Part shown: positions 9,898 through 19,953 of the stretch, in pieces
Layout of the letters: every line of letters begins with the position of its first letter
Numbering within the stretch: position 1 is the first letter of the stretch
Assembly: GCA_964501335.1 (NCBI GenBank)
Contig: CAZCTC010000010.1
Coordinates: 1-64,000, forward strand
Source of the DNA: an uncultured Anaerolineales bacterium
GTDB taxonomy: Bacteria; Chloroflexota; Anaerolineae; B4-G1; SLSP01
Direction: 5' to 3'
DNA: 64,000 nt
Notes under the pieces: model-generated
Databases searched by the model: none
What the model was told of the DNA's origin: nothing
The model's input: the letters and a program-made list of their open reading frames with translations, nothing else
Made by a program: the position numbers and the translations under genes

Positions 9898-11598
9898 TTA
9901 TCCCGGGAAGACTTTGTGATAGATCTGCGGGGCTTTGCGTTCGACCCGTTGTTCGGCGGCCAGGGCCAGCCGTAAGAGCAACGGTTCTTCCCAGGCCCGG
10001 CCGATGGCCTGCATTCCGACGGGCAATCCTGCCGGCGTATATCCGGCGGGGAACGAAATGGCCGGCAAGCCGGTCAGGTTCCCGGGAGTGGCAAAGCGCA
10101 TAATTTCCACCAGCGTGGAGATATCCGATTCCCCGTTTTTAAGGGCATCGGTCGGGATGGCGGGGGCGGCAATGCCGGTGGCCGGGGTGAGGATCAGATC
10201 GACTTTTTGCAGGGCCCGGTCGAAGCTGGCCATTAACTGGGTGCGGACCCGTTGGGCCTTGACGTAATCCATGGTCGTGAAGGCCCGGGCCAGGGCCAGG
10301 CTGAGGCGTACTTCCAGGCTGTGTTCGTGATGATGGGCGGGATAGGTGGCGCTGAGGGCCTGGGCCATTTCGCCGGCGATGGTGACCGTGTGGGCGATGC
10401 GGGCAGCTTCCAGATCGGGCAGCGTGATTTCCTGCAGCTGCCCTCCCAGCAGCTCGAATTGCTGGAGCAAGGTTTCACAGACGGCGACAACTTCCGGGGC
10501 GGCATGGCGGAACCAGGGCCAGTAAATGCCCAGGGTAAGGCCGTGGAGATCGGACCGGTTCCAACCTTCGAGGAGCGGGGTGGGTTGGCGCAGGGTGTTG
10601 GCGTCCAGGAGGTCGGGGCCGGCCATCAGGGCATATCCCAGCGCGGCATCCGTCACGGAGGCGGCGAGGGGGCCGATGTGGGCGACACTCCAGCAGAGCG
10701 GTGCGGCTCCGTATTCGCTCACCCGGCCGTAAGTCGGTTTCAGGCCGACGACGCCGCAGAAGGAAGCCGGGATGCGAATGGAACCGCCGCCGTCGGCTCC
10801 GATGGCCAGGGGGCAGAAACCGGCCGCAACGGCCACCGCAGAGCCGCTGGAACTGCCGCCGGTGTAATGTCCCGGGGCGTAGGGATTGCGGGGCGTGCCA
10901 TGGATCGGGTTGGAGCCGGTCACGCCGATGCCGATTTCGTGCATGTTGGTTTTGCCGATCAGCAGGGCGCCGGCCGCCCGCAGCCGGGCGACGACGGTGG
11001 CGTCATCGGTGGCGGGGGCATTGCCGAGGAAGGCCGTTCCAACCGTGGTGGGGTAGGGACGTTGGTTGATTTCGTCTTTGACGGCTACCGGGACTCCGTC
11101 GAGGATACTGAGTGGGCGGCCGTTTTTCCAGCGGGCGGCGGATTCGTGAGCCTGGCGCAGGAGGTCGGTTGAGTCACTGGCGATGACGGCCCGCAGCGGC
11201 GGCTGATCACGGTGGGTGGCATTGCTGGCTTCAATGGCCTCCTGGACCCGGGCGGCGACATCTTCGGGCGTAAAGCGGCCCTCTCGATAGCCCTGGGCAT
11301 ATTCGTGGACCGTGGGGAAGTGAAAGCCGGGGGCTGCGGGACCGGGAGCCGGCCATTGAGTTTGGGGAACGGTGGTTTCCGGGTCTGCCGGGGCGGAGTT
11401 GAGAAAATGGATTGGCTGAGGGGTAGGGCCTTCATTAATAATTTGGTCGCGCAGCCAGAGAACGCCGGCGTTTTTCAGCATATTTTGGGTCAGCAGTCCG
11501 CCCAGGGGACTTTCGAGGAGTCCGACAATCAGTCGTAAACTGGGACCGGCCAGACGGGGAAATTTAACAGAATGAAGGTCATAGCTTTCTTGTGCCAT
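9898..11598 (-). CDS. Amidase-signature family amidase (GatA-like)
   Basis: Amidase signature GGSSSGSAVAVAAG..IGADGGGSIRIPASFCGVVGLKPTYGRVS, with an N-terminal extension of about 120 aa. Confidence 0.8.
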   Translation of the reverse strand: MAQESYDLHSVKFPRLAGPSLRLIVGLLESPLGGLLTQNMLKNAGVLWLRDQIINEGPTPQPIHFLNSAPADPETTVPQTQWPAPGPAAPGFHFPTVHEYAQGYREGRFTPEDVAARVQEAIEASNATHRDQPPLRAVIASDSTDLLRQAHESAARWKNGRPLSILDGVPVAVKDEINQRPYPTTVGTAFLGNAPATDDATVVARLRAAGALLIGKTNMHEIGIGVTGSNPIHGTPRNPYAPGHYTGGSSSGSAVAVAAGFCPLAIGADGGGSIRIPASFCGVVGLKPTYGRVSEYGAAPLCWSVAHIGPLAASVTDAALGYALMAGPDLLDANTLRQPTPLLEGWNRSDLHGLTLGIYWPWFRHAAPEVVAVCETLLQQFELLGGQLQEITLPDLEAARIAHTVTIAGEMAQALSATYPAHHHEHSLEVRLSLALARAFTTMDYVKAQRVRTQLMASFDRALQKVDLILTPATGIAAPAIPTDALKNGESDISTLVEIMRFATPGNLTGLPAISFPAGYTPAGLPVGMQAIGRAWEEPLLLRLALAAEQRVERKAPQIYHKVFPG

Positions 11599-11660
11599 CG
11601 TTTTTCTTTCGGTTTATCTGGGGCTGGATAAAAAAAAACGGCCCGGGGAGGCCATTTATG

Positions 11661-11737
11661 TGGTGGGTCGTACAGGATTCGAACCTGTGGCCCTGGGCTT
11701 AAAAGGCCCCTGCTCTGCCGGACTGAGCTAACGACCC
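11661..11737 (-). tRNA. tRNA-Lys (anticodon UUU)
   Basis: Reverse complement reads GGGTCGTTAGCTCAGTCCGGCAGAGCAGGGGCCTTTTAAGCCCAGGGCCACAGGTTCGAATCCTGTACGACCCACCA. It is near-identical in architecture to E. coli tRNA-Lys. Anticodon loop CUUUUAA, T-loop GGTTCGAATCC, CCA encoded. Confidence 0.9.
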
Positions 11738-11788
11738 ACGCGGCTCAAAGTATAACACGCCTCTCTGAGTTGTCAACTTGGGGGCCGG

Positions 11789-11958
11789 CGTCCTGCAAAA
11801 GGAGTTCTTTGACCTGTGCGGTTGGCCCGGAATGGTGGGAGAAACTGAGCCCGTGTTTTTGCGCGCATAAGAATGCGCGCAAAAACACAAAAAAAACACT
11901 TTCTGTCTGCTTCGCACCGCGCGGCGTTTTTTACCGGGAAAGTATCTGTTGCGGGACG
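11789..11958. repeat. Composite palindromic element with both arms (left arm 11789..11852, GC hairpin 11853..11888 gtgtttttgcgcgcat-aagaa-tgcgcgcaaaaacac, inverted right arm 11900..11958)
   Basis: The right arm caccgcgcggcg..accgggaaagt..gcgggacg is the reverse complement of the arm consensus cgtcccgcaaa..cccggt..gacgcgc. Confidence 0.65.
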
Positions 11959-12040
11959 AAAAAACTGTGCTGGATTGTTCCTGCCGGCAATCGGAATACA
12001 ATAGAAAAAAATCGGTTTTCTTTTTGTTGAAGGAGGGTGT

Positions 12041-12715
12041 ATGTGCGGACGATTTACGCTGGCGTTGGGGCGGGCCGGTTTGATGGAAGCCTTTCCGGGT
12101 TTCGATGTCCCGGAGGATTTGCCGACGCGCTATAACATTGCACCATCCCAGGCGGTTCCCGTCATTGCCAACCAGGGGGCTCAGCGGGTGGAACTTTTTC
12201 GTTGGGGCTTGATTCCATCCTGGGCCAAAGATCCGGCCATCGGCAACAAAATGATCAATGCCCGGGCGGAAACTCTGACCGAAAAACCGGCTTTCCGGGC
12301 GGCTTATCGGCGGCGGCGCTGTCTGATTCTGGCGGACGGCTTTTATGAATGGCAGGCGCAGGCGGGCAGCCGGACCAAGACGCCGTTCTATTTCAAGCTG
12401 GCCTCGGGAAAGGCTTTTGGCTTTGCCGGGCTGTGGGAGTTCTGGCAGTCGGCTGCCGGGGATGAGATCTGTTCCTGCACCATTATCACGACCGACGCCA
12501 ATGCACTGGTGGCTTCGGTTCACGATCGGATGCCGGTCATTTTGCCGCCGGAAGCCCATGCGGCCTGGCTCGATCCGGCGGAGATCGATCCGGCGGTGTT
12601 GAACTCATGGTTGAAGCCCTATCCAGCCGAGGCGATGACGACTTATACTGTTTCCGCGGCAGTCAACAGCCCGCAAAACGATTCGCCGGTCTGCATTGTT
12701 CCGACGGCGGCGTAA
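12041..12715 (+). CDS. SOS-response-associated peptidase (SRAP/YedK/HMCES) abasic-site processing protein
   Basis: N-terminus MCGRF with catalytic Cys2. Conserved YNIAPSQ..FRWGLIPSWAKD. RBS GAAGGAGGG. Confidence 0.9.
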   Translation: MCGRFTLALGRAGLMEAFPGFDVPEDLPTRYNIAPSQAVPVIANQGAQRVELFRWGLIPSWAKDPAIGNKMINARAETLTEKPAFRAAYRRRRCLILADGFYEWQAQAGSRTKTPFYFKLASGKAFGFAGLWEFWQSAAGDEICSCTIITTDANALVASVHDRMPVILPPEAHAAWLDPAEIDPAVLNSWLKPYPAEAMTTYTVSAAVNSPQNDSPVCIVPTAA

Positions 12716-12767
12716 GGGGCTTTGGGCATATCAGACAATTTAAGGCGCGGCGCTGGCAGCTTTAGCA

Positions 12768-12866
12768 CCCCGCACAAGGTGCTTCTCCCGTAAAATACAC
12801 CGCGCTGGATGGGGGAGAGAGTTTTTATTCATTTTTTCGCGCGCCGTCTGCGGCGCGCGAAAAAAT
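12768..12866. repeat. Composite palindromic element (arm plus hairpin core 12832..12865 ttttttcgcgcgcc-gtctgc-ggcgcgcgaaaaaa)
   Basis: Shares ccccgcacaagg..ggatgggggagagagttttt with the other copies. Confidence 0.65.
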
Positions 12867-12923
12867 AAAAATAAATCAAGAAACTCAATTTGTCATTTTG
12901 TGGACTGCTGGTATATTTTTCGT

Positions 12924-14006
12924 ATGCTAAGTCGAAGACATTATCGCTGGTTGGTATTGGGATTGTTAGGGTTAGCGGCCTGCACTCAGACTACTGCGAC
13001 GGGAACACCTCCTCCTGAAACCACTGCATGGACTTCGACACCGGAAATGGGCGCGACGTTTACTCCTACTTTGCTGCCGACGGCCATACCTCAAATTTCT
13101 CCCACGGCTATCTCTTCTCCTGTCCCGGTCGATACTCCGATGCCGGTCGTGTATGTCGTCCAGGCCGGGGATACGCTCTTAGGCGTGGCGTTGGATCAGG
13201 GCGTACCGATGGCGGCTATCCAGCTGGCCAATGAGATGGGGTCTTCAACCGTGGTCCAGGTGGGACAGGAACTGGTGATCCCTCCCACTACCGGCTGGGA
13301 AGGGGCTACGGCTTTTTGGGCCCTCCATCGAGTGGAGGCGGGTGAGACGCTGTACGGGATTGCCGAAGCCTATGGGATTGATCCGGCCCGTTTGCAGTCG
13401 GTCAATGGGCTGGGGGATGCCGATCTGGTGACCGTGGGACAGGATTTGATCCTGCCGATGGCGGCTCCGGGTTCGACTCCTGAATTGACTGAGGTTCCGG
13501 TTGTGGTTGAAGCAACGATGACGCCGGTTCCCCTTCTCACTGAACTGCCTTCTCCGACTTCGGTTCCTGTACCGGTACCTGCGACGGCGGTCGCTCCGCC
13601 CTCGGATGTGATCGATTGGCCGCGGGAGACGGTGCGATTGATCAATGAAGTGCGGGCCAGTTACAATTTGCCTCCGCTGGTTTATAACGAGAAGCTGGCG
13701 TTGGCGGCGCAGGGGCAGGCCAATGATTGCAGCCAGCGGGGCTGGTGCAGCCATACCGGATCGGATGGCTCGGATATCAAAGCGCGGATTTTGCGGGTGG
13801 GATACGATCCTTCCAACTGGGCGGAGTGTTGGGCGCAGCGGCAGAGTCCGCAGGATGCCGTCAATGTCTGGATGAATGAGACACCTCCTGATGATCCACA
13901 CCGCCGGACTCTGCTCAGTACGTGGTTGACTGAGATCGGGATCGGGGTGGCGCCGACGACCTGGGGCTATTATTTTCTGGCCGATTTTGGTAAGCCGCGT
14001 TCCTGA
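12924..14006 (+). CDS. Lipoprotein with two LysM domains and a C-terminal CAP/SCP/PR-1 (YkwD-like) domain
   Basis: Signal/lipobox MLSRRHYRWLVLGLLGLAAC. LysM domains YVVQAGDTLLGVA..VGQELVIP and HRVEAGETLYGIA..VGQDLILP. CAP motifs HTGSDGSD..NVWMNE..HRRTLLS. The ORF could begin at GTG 12900 instead. Confidence 0.75.
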   Translation: MLSRRHYRWLVLGLLGLAACTQTTATGTPPPETTAWTSTPEMGATFTPTLLPTAIPQISPTAISSPVPVDTPMPVVYVVQAGDTLLGVALDQGVPMAAIQLANEMGSSTVVQVGQELVIPPTTGWEGATAFWALHRVEAGETLYGIAEAYGIDPARLQSVNGLGDADLVTVGQDLILPMAAPGSTPELTEVPVVVEATMTPVPLLTELPSPTSVPVPVPATAVAPPSDVIDWPRETVRLINEVRASYNLPPLVYNEKLALAAQGQANDCSQRGWCSHTGSDGSDIKARILRVGYDPSNWAECWAQRQSPQDAVNVWMNETPPDDPHRRTLLSTWLTEIGIGVAPTTWGYYFLADFGKPRS

Positions 14007-14023
14007 CGGGGGAGGTTTTTACG

Positions 14024-14130
14024 TCCCGCAAGGGGTTTTATTCGGTTTGAAGCGACGCGCTGTGCGAAGCAGGGGGAGAGAGTTTTTTGTTAGTGTTTTT
14101 GCGCGCATTCTTATGCGCGCAAAAACACGG
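14024..14130. repeat. Composite palindromic element (arm plus hairpin core 14093..14128, followed by a T-run)
   Basis: tcccgcaagg..gaagcgacgcgc..agggggagagagttttttgttagtgtttttgcgcgcat-tctta-tgcgcgcaaaaacac then ggttttttct. May also terminate the upstream + strand gene. Confidence 0.65.
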
Positions 14131-14269
14131 TTTTTTCTGTTTTCCAGGGGTGATTACACAGGTTGAGAGTTTTTCTAAGAGGGCTTGCAGGATTGCCTGC
14201 TCGTGGTAGACTCAGGGGCAGCTCACTACACTTCATTGACTCTAAATTCTATCAAAAGGCAGGAGAATC

Positions 14270-14737
14270 ATGCGGATTTTGCGGACTTTGACGATTTCTG
14301 TGATGGCGGCGGCAGTTTTGATGGGCTGTGCCGTTACCCCGACGACCCCGGCCCCTACGCCGACGCCTGAAGCCACGGCTACTCCCAAGGAAGAAATCAT
14401 CACTACGGCCTCCGGATTGCAATATATCGATTTGAAGGTCGGCGAGGGCGAGACGCCCCAGGCGGGCCAGGTCGTTGTGGTGCATTATACCGGTTGGCTG
14501 GATGATGGCACCAAGTTCGACAGCTCGGTGGACCGCGGCGAACCTTTCTCTTTCCCGATCGGAATGGGGTATGTGATTACGGGATGGGATGAGGGGGTAG
14601 CGACGATGAAAGTAGGCGGTATCCGCAAGCTGATCATTCCGGCTGAACTGGGCTATGGGGCGCAGGGGGCCGGCGGCGTTATCCCTCCGAATGCCCGGCT
14701 GACCTTCCAGGTTGAATTGCTGGAAATCCAGAAATAG
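14270..14737 (+). CDS. FKBP-type peptidyl-prolyl cis-trans isomerase (lipoprotein)
   Basis: Classic FKBP domain (HYTGWLDDGTKFDSS..FPIGMGYVITGWDEG..IPPNARLTFQVELL). N-terminal lipobox LMGCAVT. RBS AGGAGAA. Confidence 0.9.
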   Translation: MRILRTLTISVMAAAVLMGCAVTPTTPAPTPTPEATATPKEEIITTASGLQYIDLKVGEGETPQAGQVVVVHYTGWLDDGTKFDSSVDRGEPFSFPIGMGYVITGWDEGVATMKVGGIRKLIIPAELGYGAQGAGGVIPPNARLTFQVELLEIQK

Positions 14738-14743
14738 TACGAG

Positions 14744-14776
14744 TTCTTAAGCATTTTTTCGCGCGCCTACAGGGCG
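14744..14776. repeat. GC-hairpin repeat (ttttttcgcgcgcc-tacag-ggcgcgcgaaaaaa)
   Basis: Same gcgcgc-stem family as 12832 and 16260. Confidence 0.65.
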
Positions 14777-14812
14777 CGCGAAAAAATTAAAAATTACTGA
14801 ATAAGGAGCTCC

Positions 14813-16189
14813 ATGAATCCGATCGACTATGCCCGCGACCATCAACCCGATTTTTTGGCGGAGCTGAAGGATTTCCTTTCTATCCCCAGTGTAAGCACTC
14901 AGGATGCGCATAAGCCCGACATCGCTGCGGCCGCAGAATGGCTGCGGAAGCGGTTGCTGGAGGCTGGTTTCACTCGCGCTGAAGTCATGCCGACCCCCCG
15001 CCATCCGATTGTCTATGCGGAATGGCTGGCGGCCGGGCCGGAGGCTCCCACCGTTTTGATTTACGGCCATTATGATGTGCAGCCGCCCGATCCCGTGGAG
15101 CTGTGGCATACGCCGCCGTTTGAGCCGACTGTGGTCGGCGACGATCTTTTTGCCCGCGGCGCTGCGGACGACAAGGGCCAGCTGTATGTCCATGTGAAGG
15201 CGGTGGAGGCGTTTAAGGAAACCGAGGGAAGGCCGCCGGTGAACGTCAAGTGTATTTTCGAAGGTGAAGAGGAGATCGGCAGTCCCAGCCTCGATCCGTT
15301 TGTCCGTTCGCATCGAGAGCTGTTGGCGGCCGATGTGGCGTTGATCTCCGACACCCATATTTTAGGGAAAGATATTCCCGCCATGATCTATGCGCTGCGC
15401 GGGCTGGCCTATATTGAGGTCGAGGTCACCAGTGCCGCCGGCGATCTTCATTCCGGAATTTTCGGCGGGGCCGTTCAGAATCCCATTCACGCCCTGAGCC
15501 GGATGATCTGCCAGTTGCAGGATGCCGAGGGTCGGATTCTTATTCCCGGCTTTTACGATAAAGTGCGGCCGCTTACGGCGGAAGATCGTGCCGAGATCGC
15601 GCGGGTGCCTTTCAAGCGGGAAAACTGGCTGGAAGAGGCGGGCGTCAAGCTCGATTGGGGCGATCCTGAGTACACCATTCAAGAACGGGTGTCGGCCCGC
15701 CCCACGCTGGATGTGAACGGTATCTGGGGCGGCTATATCGCTCCGGGCGCCAAGACTGTTTTGCCGAACAAGGCGACCGCCAAAATTTCTATGCGTCTGG
15801 TTCCCGACCAGAAGCCGGCGGAGATCAGCAGATTGATTGCGGATTATTTGAAGGCAATTGCGCCGGCGACCGTGTCGGTGGAAGTGCGCGATTTGCATGG
15901 CGGGGATGGCGCCATTGTGCGCCGCGACAGCCCGGAGATGCAGGCGGCCTTCCAGGCCTATGCTTCGGCTTTTGGGGTGGAACCGGTCTTTATGCGCGAA
16001 GGCGGTTCGATTCCGGTGGTGGCAACCTTCCAGCGAGAGCTGGGCATCGAGACGATGTTGATGGGGATGGGGTTGCCGGACGATCGGCTGCATGCCCCCG
16101 ATGAAAAGATCCATCTGCCCAATCTCTACAAAGGGATTGCGATGTCGATCTATTTCATGGAAAATCTGGGGAAGAATAAGAAGAAGTAG
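14813..16189 (+). CDS. M20 family dipeptidase (ArgE/DapE/CPG2 family)
   Basis: Conserved metal-binding region LIYGHYDVQPPDP..ARGAADDKGQ..EGEEEIGS. 458 aa. RBS AAGGAG. Confidence 0.85.
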   Translation: MNPIDYARDHQPDFLAELKDFLSIPSVSTQDAHKPDIAAAAEWLRKRLLEAGFTRAEVMPTPRHPIVYAEWLAAGPEAPTVLIYGHYDVQPPDPVELWHTPPFEPTVVGDDLFARGAADDKGQLYVHVKAVEAFKETEGRPPVNVKCIFEGEEEIGSPSLDPFVRSHRELLAADVALISDTHILGKDIPAMIYALRGLAYIEVEVTSAAGDLHSGIFGGAVQNPIHALSRMICQLQDAEGRILIPGFYDKVRPLTAEDRAEIARVPFKRENWLEEAGVKLDWGDPEYTIQERVSARPTLDVNGIWGGYIAPGAKTVLPNKATAKISMRLVPDQKPAEISRLIADYLKAIAPATVSVEVRDLHGGDGAIVRRDSPEMQAAFQAYASAFGVEPVFMREGGSIPVVATFQRELGIETMLMGMGLPDDRLHAPDEKIHLPNLYKGIAMSIYFMENLGKNKKK

Positions 16190-16259
16190 ACAGCGGCAAG
16201 TAGACAGTAGACAGCAAGGCTTTTTCTACAGGGCAGTGCTGTCAAGCAAGGTAAGGTTT

Positions 16260-16294
16260 AAATTTTCGCGCGCCTTCTCAGGCGCGCGAAAATT
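16260..16294. repeat. GC-hairpin repeat (aaattttcgcgcgcc-ttctca-ggcgcgcgaaaattt) between convergent genes
   Basis: Perfect inverted repeat. Likely also a bidirectional terminator. Confidence 0.65.
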
Positions 16295-16304
16295 TAAATA
16301 GAAT

Positions 16305-17156
16305 TTATTCAATGATGATGACGGCGGGGATTTCGCCGCCGGAATCGATCTGGGCCGCCGGCTCATTCAACAGCCAGAGTCCGGTCGAGGGGCCCCCATC
16401 CAGATTGAGCGCTATATCCACCTCAAGATCGTTCTCCGTTAGCCAGACCGCCAGTTCGTGCAGGCTGAACAATCCACGCCGGGCTACCATAAAGATCAGC
16501 CGTCCCTGGCGATCCTGTGCGACTACCGTGCGGCGGGCATTTTGACCCTCATCCGCATCTTCGGGAAATCCCATCACCCCGCCGGGTTTGACCAGCACCG
16601 GGAAACACTGTACCCCCTGATCCAGCTTTTCATTGGGATTGAAGGGCCTGGCGCGTAGCCAGCGCACTTCCGGTTTCCCGGCCGTAGGAACGGTCAGCAT
16701 GCCCGCATAATCCTCGTAGGAAACCCCATGATAATTTCCGTCATTGACCAGCAGACCGGTGGCCAGATTTTCTTCAGTGAAGTAACCGGCATTGATTACC
16801 ATCCGGGCGCCGCTTTGTCCGGCCCATTCGCTGATTTTGCGGGGATGATCGGGCGTATAGAGGACGCGCGGCCGTAGACTTTGGGGCTCGATGCGGACCA
16901 TAATAATGCGCTCGGTTCCCAGTGTTAGCGAGAGCGGCAGACTGCGCCATTCGATGCCGGGGCCGTAAGGTTGCCAGCCGGTGTCGGGCGGTTCGGGTGT
17001 GGTTGCCGGCGGCTGCGACGGCTGGACTGGCATGGTGGTGGGAGGGATAGGAGTGGAGGTGGGGAGGGGCGTTGCTGTGGGGGTGGGAGCGGGGGCGATG
17101 GTGCAGGCCAGGGTCAGGATGAGAATGACGAGCCCTATAAGGTTTTGTTTGTGCAT
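16305..17156 (-). CDS. Secreted phosphodiester glycosidase family protein (DUF2233/NAGPA-like)
   Basis: Signal peptide followed by a Pro/Thr linker. Motifs VINAGYF..NLDGGPSTGLW are typical of DUF2233. Confidence 0.6.
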   Translation of the reverse strand: MHKQNLIGLVILILTLACTIAPAPTPTATPLPTSTPIPPTTMPVQPSQPPATTPEPPDTGWQPYGPGIEWRSLPLSLTLGTERIIMVRIEPQSLRPRVLYTPDHPRKISEWAGQSGARMVINAGYFTEENLATGLLVNDGNYHGVSYEDYAGMLTVPTAGKPEVRWLRARPFNPNEKLDQGVQCFPVLVKPGGVMGFPEDADEGQNARRTVVAQDRQGRLIFMVARRGLFSLHELAVWLTENDLEVDIALNLDGGPSTGLWLLNEPAAQIDSGGEIPAVIIIE

Positions 17157-17238
17157 GGTTGACTCCGTTCAGGTGTTTTGTAAAGGTTTTGGGGATACCT
17201 GTTAGCGACGCACAGAAGATTCAGAGAGTTCCTTATTT

Positions 17239-17276
17239 ATATTTTTCGCCCGCCTTGGCAGGCGGGCGAAAAATAT
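17239..17276. repeat. GC-hairpin repeat (atatttttcgcccgcc-ttggc-aggcgggcgaaaaatat)
   Basis: Same cgcccgcc-stem subfamily as 60643. Preceded by the arm fragment cagagagttccttatttat. Confidence 0.65.
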
Positions 17277-17320
17277 AGCCTTTGGTTAATCGCGTGGGGA
17301 AAGTCTGTCCCCTGGTTGGA

Positions 17321-18583
<1,263 letters not shown>

Positions 18584-18646
18584 TTATCGACTCCTCAAGA
18601 AGTTCTCTTACCAGGACTAAAAACGCCTGGATTCCGGAAAGGCGTT

Positions 18647-19612
18647 TCAGGCGAGGGCCGTGGTAACTTCGTCTTCGCCGAAGACGCTGCGATAGCGCGC
18701 AATAAAATCGGCGCGCGTATAGCTGTGGGTTTGCGGCCCGTATTGTTCCAGGACGTAGGCGGCGGCCAGGCTGCCGATCCGTCCGGCGGCGGCCCAGGGC
18801 AGATGAAGGGCCAGTCCTTTGAGCAGGCCGGCGCGATAAGCATCCCCGACGCCGGTGGGGTCGAGGATTTGAATGGGCGGCACGATGGGGATAAGAATGG
18901 GTTCCCAGTGTTGATCCCGGGCCCAGATGCAGGAGCCTTCGGCTCCGCGGGTGACAATGACCGCCTGTTTCACATTTTCGCAGATCTGAGCCTGCGTCAT
19001 TCCGGTGCGTTCTTTCAGCAATTCGAACTCATAGTCGTTGACGATCAGGAGCGTGGCGCCTTCCACGCCGTCTTTCAACTGATCGGGGCTGACCCGCACG
19101 ACCTGCTGGCTGGGATCGTAGAGGTAAGGAATGTTCAGGTTTTTACATTCGGCTGTATAGCGGGCCATGGCTTCCGGATCGTTGGGCGAGATCACGGCCA
19201 TATCGACCGGCGCGTTGAAGTTATGGAAGGAGAGCTGGCGGGCGTAGGCCATGGCGCCCGTGTAGAAGGTGGCAATCTGGTTTTGTTCCTGATCTGTACT
19301 GACGAAGAATGAGGCTGTAAATTCTTCGGGGATTTCAACGATGGCTGAAGTATCGATGTTATGTTCATCGAGCCAGCGCCGGTATTCGGCAAAATCCTGT
19401 CCTACAGTTGCCATAATCCAGGGGCGTTCCCCCAGGAGAGCGATGGTGTAAGCGATATTGGCTGCACAACCGCCCCGTTGGCGTTTCATAGAATCTACCA
19501 GGAAGCTCAGGCTGAGCTTTTCTAAGCGGTCGGCCAGGATGTGTTCCCGGAATCGACCAGGAAAGGACATGATGTAATCAAAGGCTATTGAGCCTGTTAC
19601 GACTATATTCAT
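18647..19612 (-). CDS. PfkB-family carbohydrate/nucleoside kinase (adenosine kinase-like)
   Basis: ORF 18647..19885 has an implausible N-terminus overlapping a hairpin repeat. Start reassigned to MNIVVTGSIAFDY (ATG 19612, GGAGG upstream). PfkB motifs include DPTGVGDAYRAG. Confidence 0.8.
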   Translation of the reverse strand: MNIVVTGSIAFDYIMSFPGRFREHILADRLEKLSLSFLVDSMKRQRGGCAANIAYTIALLGERPWIMATVGQDFAEYRRWLDEHNIDTSAIVEIPEEFTASFFVSTDQEQNQIATFYTGAMAYARQLSFHNFNAPVDMAVISPNDPEAMARYTAECKNLNIPYLYDPSQQVVRVSPDQLKDGVEGATLLIVNDYEFELLKERTGMTQAQICENVKQAVIVTRGAEGSCIWARDQHWEPILIPIVPPIQILDPTGVGDAYRAGLLKGLALHLPWAAAGRIGSLAAAYVLEQYGPQTHSYTRADFIARYRSVFGEDEVTTALA

Positions 19613-19814
19613 TTTGCCTCCGTGGCAAGGTCCATCCAGGAGTGTTGATTGAATGGACCCAAACGGGCCCAACTTTACCACAAAAGGGGAGAATGGCAAG
19701 GCGGCAGGAGAAGGAAACGTGAAAGAAGATAAACCTAAGTTTTGGCAGCGTCTGCGGCGCACGAAAACAGGGATAAAAAAACCGACCTGTGCGGTCAGGC
19801 TGAGAAAAAAGCCC

Positions 19815-19935
19815 ATTTTTTTCGGCGGCTTTCTGAAGCCGCCGAAAAAAATGAATAAAATAATTTCTCTTTGCCTGCTTCGCACCGCGCGTTGTATCTT
19901 AACAGGAAAGTGCCGGGTGCGGGATGTCAGAGTGC
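19815..19935. repeat. Composite palindromic element (hairpin 19815..19850 tttttttcggcggc-tttctgaa-gccgccgaaaaaaa plus inverted arm 19870..19935)
   Basis: The loop tttctgaa is the reverse complement of ttcagaaa seen at 7766 and 58216. The arm ctgcttcgcaccgcgcg..ggaaagt..gcgggatg matches 11900..11958. Confidence 0.65.
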
Positions 19936-19953
19936 GAATTCCGAAAGTGTTTT

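Noticed and set aside
10252-11172. 306-aa ORF antisense to the amidase
   Set aside because: GC-rich antisense artefact (Gly/Ala/Asp-rich).
11661-12715. tRNA-Lys plus SRAP as the edge of an integrated genomic island
   Set aside because: No integrase, recombinase or direct repeat of the tRNA 3' end was seen. Neighbouring genes are housekeeping-like.
18647-19885. 412-aa version of the PfkB kinase ORF with a 91-aa N-terminal extension
   Set aside because: The extension overlaps a hairpin repeat and is Phe/Arg-rich nonsense. An internal ATG with a GGAGG RBS gives a canonical PfkB N-terminus.
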